From contig CANHMG010000001.1 in NCBI GenBank assembly GCA_947461795.1, forward strand, positions 2,831-66,830: DNA of 64,000 nt, read 5' to 3'. Origin of the DNA: Flavobacteriaceae bacterium (GTDB lineage: Bacteria > Bacteroidota > Bacteroidia > Flavobacteriales > Flavobacteriaceae). A program made the position numbers and the translations under genes. Under the pieces are notes generated by a model. That model was given only the letters and a program-made list of their open reading frames with translations. It did no database searches and was not told the DNA's origin. Positions 10,001 to 18,186 of the stretch are shown here, piece after piece (positions within the stretch are counted from its first letter, which is position 1; every line of letters starts with the position of its first letter).

Positions 10001-11041
10001 TATCCAGATGTTTTAAATAAATTAAAAAAAGAAATTCGATTAACGGAAGGTAATTTTATCGATTTAAAAAGTTCAGTCGAAACAAATCAAAGTAATACTT
10101 CAATTCAAAAAAATATTTTATCGTATAATTTATTTGATAGAAAGAAGAATATACATAGTATAGGAGCGACGTATTCGAAATATTACAAACTAAAATTGAC
10201 ATCCAAAAACTACGAAGACAACTTTGATAATTCTTTGGCGGGAGTAGAGTATAAGTTTACTAAAGCTCAAAAAGATGCCAAACCACAATATTGGTCTAAA
10301 GCTAGGGTAGAGGTAGATAAAAAATCTAATCAATATTTTCAATTTGGTGTGGGATTAACTTCTTCCAAAGAGAGAAAATTTAGATCTGCGGAGTTTAATT
10401 TATTTCCGGTAGAAACTGCTCCAGGATTAAATCAAAAGATATATCATTTGAGGTTGAACTTATATCAAGATTTTTATATTCTTAAAAAAATCAATACAAG
10501 TATAGCTTATGAGGGAAGTTATTATACCGAAGGATTACTTTCTAGAGATACTATTGGTCCATTAATAAATCCAAATCGTCCAAATAGAAAAGTATATACA
10601 GAACTTGAAAATGGTAATTTGCAAGTTGATGACATTGCTGATTCCTATGACAATGCCTTGACTGTTCGATTTATGTTAGATAAAGGAGAAATTAAAAAAA
10701 CTAAATTCATTCCATTTGTAGAATCTCAAGTATCGTTTGGCTCTCGAGATTTAGCAGTTGGATACCCATATTGGGTTATTAAAAACAGATTATTTGGAGG
10801 TGGTGGAGTTGCTTTCGAGTTAACGACATCAAATTTCCATACTAAAATTGAGGGTGGTTATTTTATTGATAATTTTAGTGATCATTTTGAAAGATTAACT
10901 GGTGCATTATCGTATCAATTATTTGATTTCACCTCATTAACTTTTAATATTGAAGTTTTTGAACAATCTAAATTTTATTCTAATACGATTCAATTTGGGA
11001 TTAAACATAATTTGAAAAAGAAAGTAAAAAGGAAAAAATAA
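7097..11041 (+). CDS. DUF2194 polysaccharide deacetylase lipoprotein fused to helical (TPR-like) and beta-barrel-like domains
   Basis: Lipobox FTIFSC; FLDDFP, HGYNH, YVPPSN and HFVHPDD motifs; helical region about aa 680-980; alternating aromatic/Gly strands about aa 985-1305. Confidence 0.75.
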   Translation: MNLRFKYINICYGLAFVLSFTIFSCEGLDDWSDLKSIDLFNSKDQGTNANGYKNYSEPGLSSQPIVQSIYDPSANFSKLYNSEIKKVCDYTKLPFHCMTVSNWNNALQIAPTTRVLMIYDSKKLNDASIPKLLDFVSNGGTLFIPFANEDRRMAFLLGFKPQAEYATDNKAAGFYFTTPILPNLKGRTYEPEVKLFGFAGQNFSNKVKILATAANNMKYPTILENAIGKGKVVLYNTSGDFSKPDRGLLFAGLLKGLEGIPYPIVNASTIFLDDFPSPQYDIKAEPVLSEMNMTTSDFVSKVWWPDMRNLGKEFKIPYAAMLTFDYRNKIVPPFTLDQWNSRKIKTNDIVQALPDWLVYDVKKNGHELAFHGYNHVSLTKKLWKNMGFIPTSLNAIKKKWVISNYGKLPATYVPPSNEIDKAGVVELKKSMPSIKYMCSLYLGQMDEGGNREFDYDPYEKKLFDYPRISSGFYFKDDEKYVIQSMYLYTGVWTHFVHPDDVYQIPATADKRSGGYSLRNNLTYGWRKSKNSETAMFPEFKKYLKQFTSTYPQMRFVNGEDGGDLVLKWRASRYTHKSENGLYTIKEINPEDTSKKYWFMYGSPTNADKIEGQLKNQNVLFAKSPIMDGYLYSIYSNKSKLTVVDLLYKTPKERVEQAAINSLVKADFAKYAIDVKNFVTGGNWVDDSEKKLQLEMAALRNKLLSSAEIDSTAWNKYAKYLSWDEKGGEIWKLYEEHVAKNSSKNNILYSKELDRIIGYKDDIAKEKWLSEQIKVSPDDKELLNNYLANFDIEEYKDKIKNVLKSLNAIDPSPQNYLKYIKHLLQYYPDEALVELENVKPSIEYKDLATQIVWLFADNADYKKAIEWSEFSTEIDFVTKMNWYIESGQSKEIEPLFKKYNAEHPEDEIATVLMSNVYHELGRFKDSWVLTNSMSNIFEKEEMRKTLNKDVVYEDVDLQQDLIENHSALFYPDVLNKLKKEIRLTEGNFIDLKSSVETNQSNTSIQKNILSYNLFDRKKNIHSIGATYSKYYKLKLTSKNYEDNFDNSLAGVEYKFTKAQKDAKPQYWSKARVEVDKKSNQYFQFGVGLTSSKERKFRSAEFNLFPVETAPGLNQKIYHLRLNLYQDFYILKKINTSIAYEGSYYTEGLLSRDTIGPLINPNRPNRKVYTELENGNLQVDDIADSYDNALTVRFMLDKGEIKKTKFIPFVESQVSFGSRDLAVGYPYWVIKNRLFGGGGVAFELTTSNFHTKIEGGYFIDNFSDHFERLTGALSYQLFDFTSLTFNIEVFEQSKFYSNTIQFGIKHNLKKKVKRKK

Positions 11042-11047
11042 GTAAAT

Positions 11048-11082
11048 AAAAAAAGGATTCTATTTAAAGAATCCTTTTTTTT
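11048..11082. terminator. Bidirectional intrinsic terminator
   Basis: A7-GGATTCT-loop-AGAATCC-T8 between convergent genes. Confidence 0.85.
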
Positions 11083-11100
11083 GTTTAGAGTATTAAATGA

Positions 11101-12735
11101 TTAGTGTTTAATAATTATTTTACGAATATCTTTTGTAGTTCCTTTTAAAAATTCAATAAAATAGAAACCATCACTCATTGATGTTGTGTTTAAAGTAATT
11201 TTATTAGGGTCTAAAGTTTTAGAAATTACTTCAATATTTTGCCCAATAGAATTGAAAATAGATAATTTATATTCGTTGATATTTTCTAATTCAATGGCTA
11301 TCTCACTATTTGCTGGAACAGGATAAATAGACATATTCAATTTAGAATTATCACCAACTCCTAGTGTTGGAGAAATAGTAAGCGTATAATTTAAATTGTT
11401 ATATCCTGTAGTACTTTCCCAAACATTTTCATTTGCAAAACGAATTGCGTATTCAGGTCTGTTTGCTATAGAAGGAGCACTGTCAGGTAAACTCAAATAC
11501 AATTTATAGGTTCCTCTTTTAATATTTGAAGGTAAAATTATATTTTGAGAAAGTGTAATTTCATTTGGACCAAGCCAAGTTCTGGGGTCAGAATTAATTA
11601 AAGCAGAATAAATTTCATTAGTCGTAGTGTTTTTTAAGATTAAGTACGCTTTTCTTTCATTGAAAGGAGCTGCATACCCTTTATTAATTAACTTAATGGT
11701 CACAGGTAATGTACTTCCTAATGAAATAGATTGTGGAAAAGTAGCCGATGTAAATACAAAACGGTATCCTAGATTTTTTTGTATTTCAGAATAACAATTA
11801 TCGGTTTGAAAAGCAGCTATTACATCAGGATAATAATCAGCATTTAAAAATGACCAATGAAATTTTGTCATTTCATATTCAGCTGTAGGGCAATCGGTTC
11901 GAGGAGAGTTTAATAAACATGTTTCTCCACCCATAGGAACAAACTTGGTATCTTGAGCTAAATATGGATATTCAATTGTAGTGTCATCGTATGTTCCGTA
12001 ATCAGTTTCGGTAGCTAAAAAACAATCGTTATGATGACCTATTCTCGCTAATGAGCCTGATGTAGGGAAACTCGTCAATGCAGTTGACGAGTAAGCATTC
12101 TTTTTAAAAGCAGGGTAACGAACTTGAACCGCTCTATTTGAAGGAAGTGCATTTAGAATGGCATTTAATAGATCTTTTCTGTGTTGAATATTTGCACTTG
12201 TTAAATCAGTTTGATTGTAACCATAACCACCAAATTCAGCTTGACTCGTAGAATACCATTCGCCCCAAGCTCCAATAAATCCTGCTTGCATAACAGCAAT
12301 TATATCTGAATTCTCTATTAATAAAGGTTTTAATTGTAATATATGGGATAACATTGTTGCTTTTGTAGCATCCATTTGTGATAGCGTATCATCATCTGAA
12401 TAGGTAAATCTAATAATACATTTTAACCCAGCATTTCTTAACTTATTAAAATCATTTTGCATATTAGTTAAATAACTATCTGAAATTGGATTATTGATAA
12501 AATCATTTAATCTAAAGTTTCTATACAATAGTGTAATATTATTATTTAATCTAAAATCTGTAATAAAACTTTCATCTAGCGGATTGTAAGTTCCAGCATG
12601 AGCTGATGAATGTTTATAAAAACCTCTTTCTGGGTTTGCAATAACTGCTGTAGAGGGAACGTAAGTAACTGTGTTGGTTTGTGAAAAGCCAGTTGAGCTT
12701 AATGCTAACAATAATAATATTATAGTTTTATTCAT
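11101..12735 (-). CDS. DUF4874/DUF4832 glycoside-hydrolase-like protein with type A T9SS C-terminal domain
   Basis: NPERGF, QAGFIGAWGEW, GHHNDCFL, GGET, LGYRF; CTD IYPVPA...KIIIKH; signal peptide from the ATG at 12735. Confidence 0.8.
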   Translation of the reverse strand: MNKTIILLLLALSSTGFSQTNTVTYVPSTAVIANPERGFYKHSSAHAGTYNPLDESFITDFRLNNNITLLYRNFRLNDFINNPISDSYLTNMQNDFNKLRNAGLKCIIRFTYSDDDTLSQMDATKATMLSHILQLKPLLIENSDIIAVMQAGFIGAWGEWYSTSQAEFGGYGYNQTDLTSANIQHRKDLLNAILNALPSNRAVQVRYPAFKKNAYSSTALTSFPTSGSLARIGHHNDCFLATETDYGTYDDTTIEYPYLAQDTKFVPMGGETCLLNSPRTDCPTAEYEMTKFHWSFLNADYYPDVIAAFQTDNCYSEIQKNLGYRFVFTSATFPQSISLGSTLPVTIKLINKGYAAPFNERKAYLILKNTTTNEIYSALINSDPRTWLGPNEITLSQNIILPSNIKRGTYKLYLSLPDSAPSIANRPEYAIRFANENVWESTTGYNNLNYTLTISPTLGVGDNSKLNMSIYPVPANSEIAIELENINEYKLSIFNSIGQNIEVISKTLDPNKITLNTTSMSDGFYFIEFLKGTTKDIRKIIIKH

Positions 12736-12792
12736 TTTTAATGGTTTTGGTTTGGGAAGGTTAAATTTTATTATTTTTAAAATTTTACAATG

Positions 12793-12865
12793 CAAACATA
12801 ATCAGATAAACGACACAAAACATCGATTAAAAATTTTTTTAATCTAAAAATATCGATGAAATGCA
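12793..12865 (-). promoter_or_regulatory. -7 element (TATGTTTG, 12793-12800) and upstream TGCATTTCATCGA motif (12853-12865)
   Basis: TAnnTTTG match plus a 13-mer identical to 973-985 in the same orientation relative to its gene. Confidence 0.5.
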
Positions 12866-13220
12866 TTGTTACAATAAAAATGTAAGAAATATACATTAAA
12901 AAAATACCTATTTATTCCTTTTTATGAGTTTTTTCGTAAATAAAAGTTTTTAACAATCATACAATGAGTTGTTTATAACTGTTTTATTTGAAAGAATAGT
13001 TTCGTTATTTTTCATTTCTGTCTAATATTTTATTCAATATTAAATATGAATTATAATTTATATTATGTAAAATAGAAAAATAAAAACAAAATAAATTAAA
13101 TCCTTAAATTAACAATGATATGTTAACATAAATATTCAAAAAATACCTATCCATCATTATAGGTTTCCTATTTTTACAAAAAAAATAATCTAAACAGTTT
13201 TTCCCAAAGAAATATAATTT

Positions 13221-15134
13221 ATGAATGTTATTGCCGAACGTATCGCTGAATTTCTTAAAGTGTATCCACCTTTCAATAATCTCTCTATTGAGGAGCTTAA
13301 AATTGTTTCTTCAAGTATTCGTGTGATAAATTTAGAAAAGCATAAAGTCTTATTTCAAATAAATGATGCTTTGCATGATAGTTTTTATGTAGTTGCTTCT
13401 GGTGTTATTAATTTATCTGTAATTTCAGATGCTGAAGAAACATTTCTAAACAAATGTATCGAAGGTGATGTCTTTGGATTACGCCCTTTTTTCGCGAAAA
13501 ACAATTATATGATGACTGCCAAAGCTAGAGAAGAGTCAATAATATATGCCATTCCAATTGCTTCTTTTCGACCATTTGTTGCCCAAAATTCAGAAGTATT
13601 AAATTTCTTACTAGAGAGTTTTGCTAATAATTCAAACAATCCAAGTGATCGAGAAAATAAAGGAAAATTGCTTTTTGATAATGTTGTATTTTCTAATCAA
13701 CAATCAGAAATGCACTATTTTCAAACGCTAACCTATAATAAAACACCTTTAAAAGCTACTTCTACAAGTATTGTAAAAGATATTGCTCAATTAATGACTG
13801 ACAATATTACTAACAGTGTTTTTATTACAGAAAATTCATTTCCAATTGGAATTGTTACCGATACTGATATTCGTTCCAAAATTGCAACAGGACGGTTTCC
13901 AATTTCAACATCAATAGATAAAATAATGGCTTCTCCTGTAATTACAGTTCCTGAAAACGTTTCATTAGCTGAGGCTCAATTGCTTATGTTGAAAAATAAT
14001 GTTAGTCATTTGTGTGTCACTCAAGATGGTTCAGACAAATCGGATATAAAAGGTGTAATTTCTGAACATGATTTAATTGTTGCTCAAGCTAGTAATCCTG
14101 GGGTTTTAATAAAAGAAATAAAAAGATCAAAAGATGCTAAGGATTTAAAACAAGTTCGAACTCGATTGGCAGAAATGATTCAATCTTCTATGTCTAAAAA
14201 TATACCACTTACACATGTTTTTAATATAGCTGGCGAAATTAATTTGGCTATTGTCAAAAGATCGGTTGAGTTATCAATTTTGGATTTAGGGTCACCTCCT
14301 GCTCGTTTTGCTTGGTTATCTATTGGAAGTCAGGGTCGTAAAGAACAATTGCTACTTACAGATCAGGACAATATATTGGTTTTTGAAGATGTTGCTGCCG
14401 ATAAATATCGTGATGTTAAAGATTATTTTCTAAAACTGGCAAAAAAAGCAGTAAATACACTCGAAAAAGTGGGTTATGAGCCCTGTAAGAATGGTCACAA
14501 TGCAAGTAATATGCTTTGGTGTAAGTCTTTGACCGACTGGACTAAACAATATGAAAATTGGATGAATACACCTGGTGAAATCAGCAATGAGATTAGTAGT
14601 ATTTTCTTTGATTATGAAATAGCTTTTGGAGAATCTAAAATTGAAGAAGCTATAACAAATACGATCTTCAAGAATGTAAAAAAGAACATCTTGTTTTTTG
14701 ATTATTTAGGAAATGATACCCTCAGAAAGCCTGCTCCACTTAGCTTTTTTAAGAAATTTAACGTCGAAGAAGAAGGCATAAATAAGGATAAATTTGATAT
14801 CAAATCAAAAGCACTAATGCCTTTAATAGATGGTGCTCGTTTGTTTACAATTAGCCATAATATCAAAGGTATTAATAATACGTATTTGCGTTTTAAACAA
14901 TTGGCAATGGTAGATCCAAAACATGCAGAGATTTATTTAAATTGTTCGGAAGCATTCCTGATCTTATCTAAATTTAGAGCATTAGAAGGTTTAAAAAATG
15001 ATAATTCTGGTCAATATATAAACGTTGAAGAACTTTCAAAAGCAGATAAAGAAATTCTTAAAAATGCTTTGAATCCTATGAAAGAATTGGAAGAATTAAT
15101 TAAAGATACGTTTCAACTTACTCAATTTTCTTAA
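13221..15134 (+). CDS. cNMP-binding/CBS-pair/DUF294 putative nucleotidyltransferase
   Basis: cNMP domain (EGDVFG), CBS pair (GIVTDTD, GVISEHD), GSQGRKEQ...TDQDN NTase motif. Confidence 0.88.
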   Translation: MNVIAERIAEFLKVYPPFNNLSIEELKIVSSSIRVINLEKHKVLFQINDALHDSFYVVASGVINLSVISDAEETFLNKCIEGDVFGLRPFFAKNNYMMTAKAREESIIYAIPIASFRPFVAQNSEVLNFLLESFANNSNNPSDRENKGKLLFDNVVFSNQQSEMHYFQTLTYNKTPLKATSTSIVKDIAQLMTDNITNSVFITENSFPIGIVTDTDIRSKIATGRFPISTSIDKIMASPVITVPENVSLAEAQLLMLKNNVSHLCVTQDGSDKSDIKGVISEHDLIVAQASNPGVLIKEIKRSKDAKDLKQVRTRLAEMIQSSMSKNIPLTHVFNIAGEINLAIVKRSVELSILDLGSPPARFAWLSIGSQGRKEQLLLTDQDNILVFEDVAADKYRDVKDYFLKLAKKAVNTLEKVGYEPCKNGHNASNMLWCKSLTDWTKQYENWMNTPGEISNEISSIFFDYEIAFGESKIEEAITNTIFKNVKKNILFFDYLGNDTLRKPAPLSFFKKFNVEEEGINKDKFDIKSKALMPLIDGARLFTISHNIKGINNTYLRFKQLAMVDPKHAEIYLNCSEAFLILSKFRALEGLKNDNSGQYINVEELSKADKEILKNALNPMKELEELIKDTFQLTQFS

Positions 15135-15136
15135 TT

Positions 15137-15736
15137 ATGCTAGATTGGATTAAAAATTTGAATAAAGAATATCCTGAATTTTGGAAATTGTATAGTTCAA
15201 AATTTGAAAATAAAACAAATCGTTTTGTAGTTATTAGTACTGAAACTACTGGGTTAAATCCTAATAAAGATGTTGTTTTATCCATTGGAGCTGTTGCCGT
15301 TGAAAACAACACCATTGTAGTGAATGATTCATTTGAAGTTATTCTTTTGCAATATATTTTTTTACATGATAATGGACTCTCAAATGAGTTTATTGTTGAA
15401 AGTAAATTACCTAAACTAGGTGAACCTGAAGCCATTCAAGCTTTTGTGGATTTTATCGGAAATGCAATATTAGTGGGCCATCGAATTCATTTTGATATTG
15501 AAATGATTAATGAAGCTCTTTATAAAATGGGTTGCAGTCGCATTAAAAATGAAGCGATAGATATTGAAGTAATGTATAGAAAATTGATTGATAGCACCGA
15601 TAAACAGTTTTCAATAGATGAATTATGCCAAATTTTTAAAGTTTCAAAAAATGATCGTCATTCTTCCGCTGAAGATGCTTACACAATTGCATTATTATTT
15701 TTGAAATTAAAGTCTCGATTAGGAATAAATATTTAG
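15137..15736 (+). CDS. DnaQ-like 3'-5' exonuclease family protein with degenerate ExoI motif
   Basis: ISTETTG, GHRIHFD and HSSAEDA motifs. Confidence 0.8.
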   Translation: MLDWIKNLNKEYPEFWKLYSSKFENKTNRFVVISTETTGLNPNKDVVLSIGAVAVENNTIVVNDSFEVILLQYIFLHDNGLSNEFIVESKLPKLGEPEAIQAFVDFIGNAILVGHRIHFDIEMINEALYKMGCSRIKNEAIDIEVMYRKLIDSTDKQFSIDELCQIFKVSKNDRHSSAEDAYTIALLFLKLKSRLGINI

Positions 15737-16216
15737 TTGAATTTTTCTTTCAAATCTACCATGATGACTTATTGAGACTGGGTTTTTAGTTGATGAATGA
15801 TACGGAATTCCATAATGATCTTTTGAAATATCTTTAACTTTTACTCCAGTTATCTTTTCAAAATCCTCCATTTTCGTTACTGCTGTTGTATGGATGTAAT
15901 CAGAATTCACTTCAGTTTCAGTAAAATAATCACAGCAATTAATTGTTACTATTCCGTGTTTTTTAATCAACAAAACATCCACTTCAGAACATTCTAACTG
16001 TATAGGAATGAAAGCTCTAAGTTTCGTCTGTCGATGATATATTTTATATACGGCCTCTTTCCTACTCCATAAATTCCAGACCATAATTTCTGGAATTTCT
16101 GCTATAAATATAAGTTTTTGTTCATTTTTAGTAAAAAGTTTATCCAAAAAACCTTTACGTTTCCAATTACTTTCCTCTCTCGAAAATTTTAAATCAATAA
16201 CATCATTACCTATCAT
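15719..16216 (-). CDS. 4'-phosphopantetheinyl transferase
   Basis: IGNDVID, WSRKEAVYK, SISH; follows the ACP gene. Confidence 0.85.
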   Translation of the reverse strand: MIGNDVIDLKFSREESNWKRKGFLDKLFTKNEQKLIFIAEIPEIMVWNLWSRKEAVYKIYHRQTKLRAFIPIQLECSEVDVLLIKKHGIVTINCCDYFTETEVNSDYIHTTAVTKMEDFEKITGVKVKDISKDHYGIPYHSSTKNPVSISHHGRFERKIQLNIYS

Positions 16217-16467
16217 GAATCCTTCATTTTTATCTCAATTATGTCAACAGCTGACTTAATGTTTAATATTTGTTCCATTGATTTATCATCGATTACTATA
16301 GCAAAAGCGTCTTCAATATCTAAAATGATATCTACTAAATTCGCGGAATTTATTTTTAAATCAGTTATAAAATCAGTTTCTTCTGTTAGACTCTCAAAAG
16401 CTTCTTTTTCAAGTGCATAAGGTTTGATGATTTTCTTAAGTTCTTCTATAATTACTACTCTTTCCAT
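16213..16467 (-). CDS. Acyl carrier protein
   Basis: Acidic 84 aa, DLKINSANLVDIILDIEDAF. Confidence 0.85.
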   Translation of the reverse strand: MERVVIIEELKKIIKPYALEKEAFESLTEETDFITDLKINSANLVDIILDIEDAFAIVIDDKSMEQILNIKSAVDIIEIKMKDS

Positions 16468-16472
16468 AACTT

Positions 16473-17747
16473 TTATATGTTGTATTTTTTTAAAATGACA
16501 CAGCCATTAACGTCTCCAAACCCAAAACTAGCTTTTGCAATGATATTCAAGCTTACATTAGTCTTCTTTTGTGGAATCTTGGTGCTGCAAACTAATCCAT
16601 CAATCTCTTTATGTAAATCTTCACAATTTATATTCGGAAATACAAAGTCATGATGCAACTGCAATACACTAGCAACACATTCAATTCCACCAGCAGCGGA
16701 TAAACAATGTCCCACCATTGACTTTAGTGAATTTATGTAGGGAAAGTTTTTCCCCTTCCGTAGCAGTGCTTCAGTCCAATTTAATATTTCTAAACTGTCT
16801 TTTGAAGTCGCTGTTAAATGTCCGTTGATTGCGTCAATTTCATCGGCTTGAATTCCTGCATTTGATAATGCATCGCGTATACACTTTTGTACCGCCGACG
16901 AATTTGGAGCGGTCATAGTCCCTTCTCCCCTTTGCCCTCCTGAGTTGATATTTCCTCCTAAAACTTCACCGTAGATTTTTGCGCCGCGCTCTATTGCTGT
17001 TTCTAGATCTTCTAAAAGCAGCGCTCCTGCTCCACTTCCAGGAACAAATCCAGACGCACTGGCACTCAAAGGACGTGAACCTTCCTCAGGCTTATCATTA
17101 TGTTTAAACGTACAGACTTTCATAGCATCAAATCCGCCCCAAATGTAAGGTCCAGAGTCGCTTGTACTTCCTGCTAACATTCGTTTGGCTTGTCCCGCTT
17201 TGATTCTTTCAAAAGCCATAAGTATACTCTCCGTACCAGTTGTACAAGCGGATGAATTAGTGGTTACTTGATTTCCAAGTCCTAATTTTCCGCCGAGATA
17301 AGCACTTACGCCACTATTCATGGTTTGAGCCACTGCGGTACTTCCTAATCTTCTCGTTTGTAAATCATCAATTTTATAAATGCATTCTCTAAATTTATCA
17401 ATTCCAGAGGTGCCAGTTCCGAAAATAGTTCCAGAATCCCAATCGGGTTCCTCATTCATTTTAATTGACAATCCGGCGTCTTTCCATGCTTCCATCCCAG
17501 CCATAACGCCATACAAGATTCCTGTTGCGTTGAAGTTTCGAAGTTCTAATTCAGTTAAATAATGAAGTTTCATGTCTTCTGAAATCATTGGTTTTCCTGA
17601 AATTTGACAAGAAAACTGTAAATCAGCCAATTCTTGATCGAAACGAATACCTGAAATTCCATTTTTGATGGCATGCAAAAACGCTTTAACCCCTACTCCA
17701 TTGGGTGAAACAACGCCTAAGCCCGTTATAACAACTCTTCTATTCAT
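16473..17747 (-). CDS. Beta-ketoacyl-ACP synthase (FabF-like)
   Basis: RRVVITGLG, SACTTG (Cys), NGHLTAT, GHCLSAAG, SFGFG. Confidence 0.9.
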   Translation of the reverse strand: MNRRVVITGLGVVSPNGVGVKAFLHAIKNGISGIRFDQELADLQFSCQISGKPMISEDMKLHYLTELELRNFNATGILYGVMAGMEAWKDAGLSIKMNEEPDWDSGTIFGTGTSGIDKFRECIYKIDDLQTRRLGSTAVAQTMNSGVSAYLGGKLGLGNQVTTNSSACTTGTESILMAFERIKAGQAKRMLAGSTSDSGPYIWGGFDAMKVCTFKHNDKPEEGSRPLSASASGFVPGSGAGALLLEDLETAIERGAKIYGEVLGGNINSGGQRGEGTMTAPNSSAVQKCIRDALSNAGIQADEIDAINGHLTATSKDSLEILNWTEALLRKGKNFPYINSLKSMVGHCLSAAGGIECVASVLQLHHDFVFPNINCEDLHKEIDGLVCSTKIPQKKTNVSLNIIAKASFGFGDVNGCVILKKYNI

Positions 17748-17748
17748 A

Positions 17749-18186
17749 CTATTTCACAATCATTCCAGAAATTATACCACTACAAACCTGTTCGTTCCTT
17801 TCATTTGACATCTGTACTTTGCATTTTAGTTTTCCAAATCGAAAGTATATTTTCTCGGATATTACGGTTACTTTTTCATTCGGATACACTGGTTTTAAAA
17901 ATTCAATATCAACTGATGTTAAGGATATTAGAGTTTTTAAATTCAATGCATCATTCATTAAAAAAATACCCAAACAAACCACTCCAATTTGCGCCATAAC
18001 TTCAGTGAGAATTACGCCAGGCGTAACAGGATTCGCTTTAAAATGTCCTCGATAAAAATCAAGTTTTTCATTAAAAGTGTAGCAACCTTCTACTCCATTT
18101 TCATCAACAGAAATTATTTCATCGACAAACAAAAAAGGTTTGTCATAGGGCAATTTTGCTATGATTTCGTTTGTAGTCAGCATCAA
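17749..18186 (-). CDS. 3-hydroxyacyl-ACP dehydratase (FabZ family)
   Basis: LPY..PFLFVD, GHF..NPVTPGVILTEVMAQ. Confidence 0.88.
   Translation of the reverse strand: MMLTTNEIIAKLPYDKPFLFVDEIISVDENGVEGCYTFNEKLDFYRGHFKANPVTPGVILTEVMAQIGVVCLGIFLMNDALNLKTLISLTSVDIEFLKPVYPNEKVTVISEKIYFRFGKLKCKVQMSNERNEQVCSGIISGMIVK

Noticed and set aside
12870-13220. Very AT-rich intergenic stretch as an origin or sRNA
   Set aside because: No DnaA-box cluster or stable structure seen; consistent with divergent promoters
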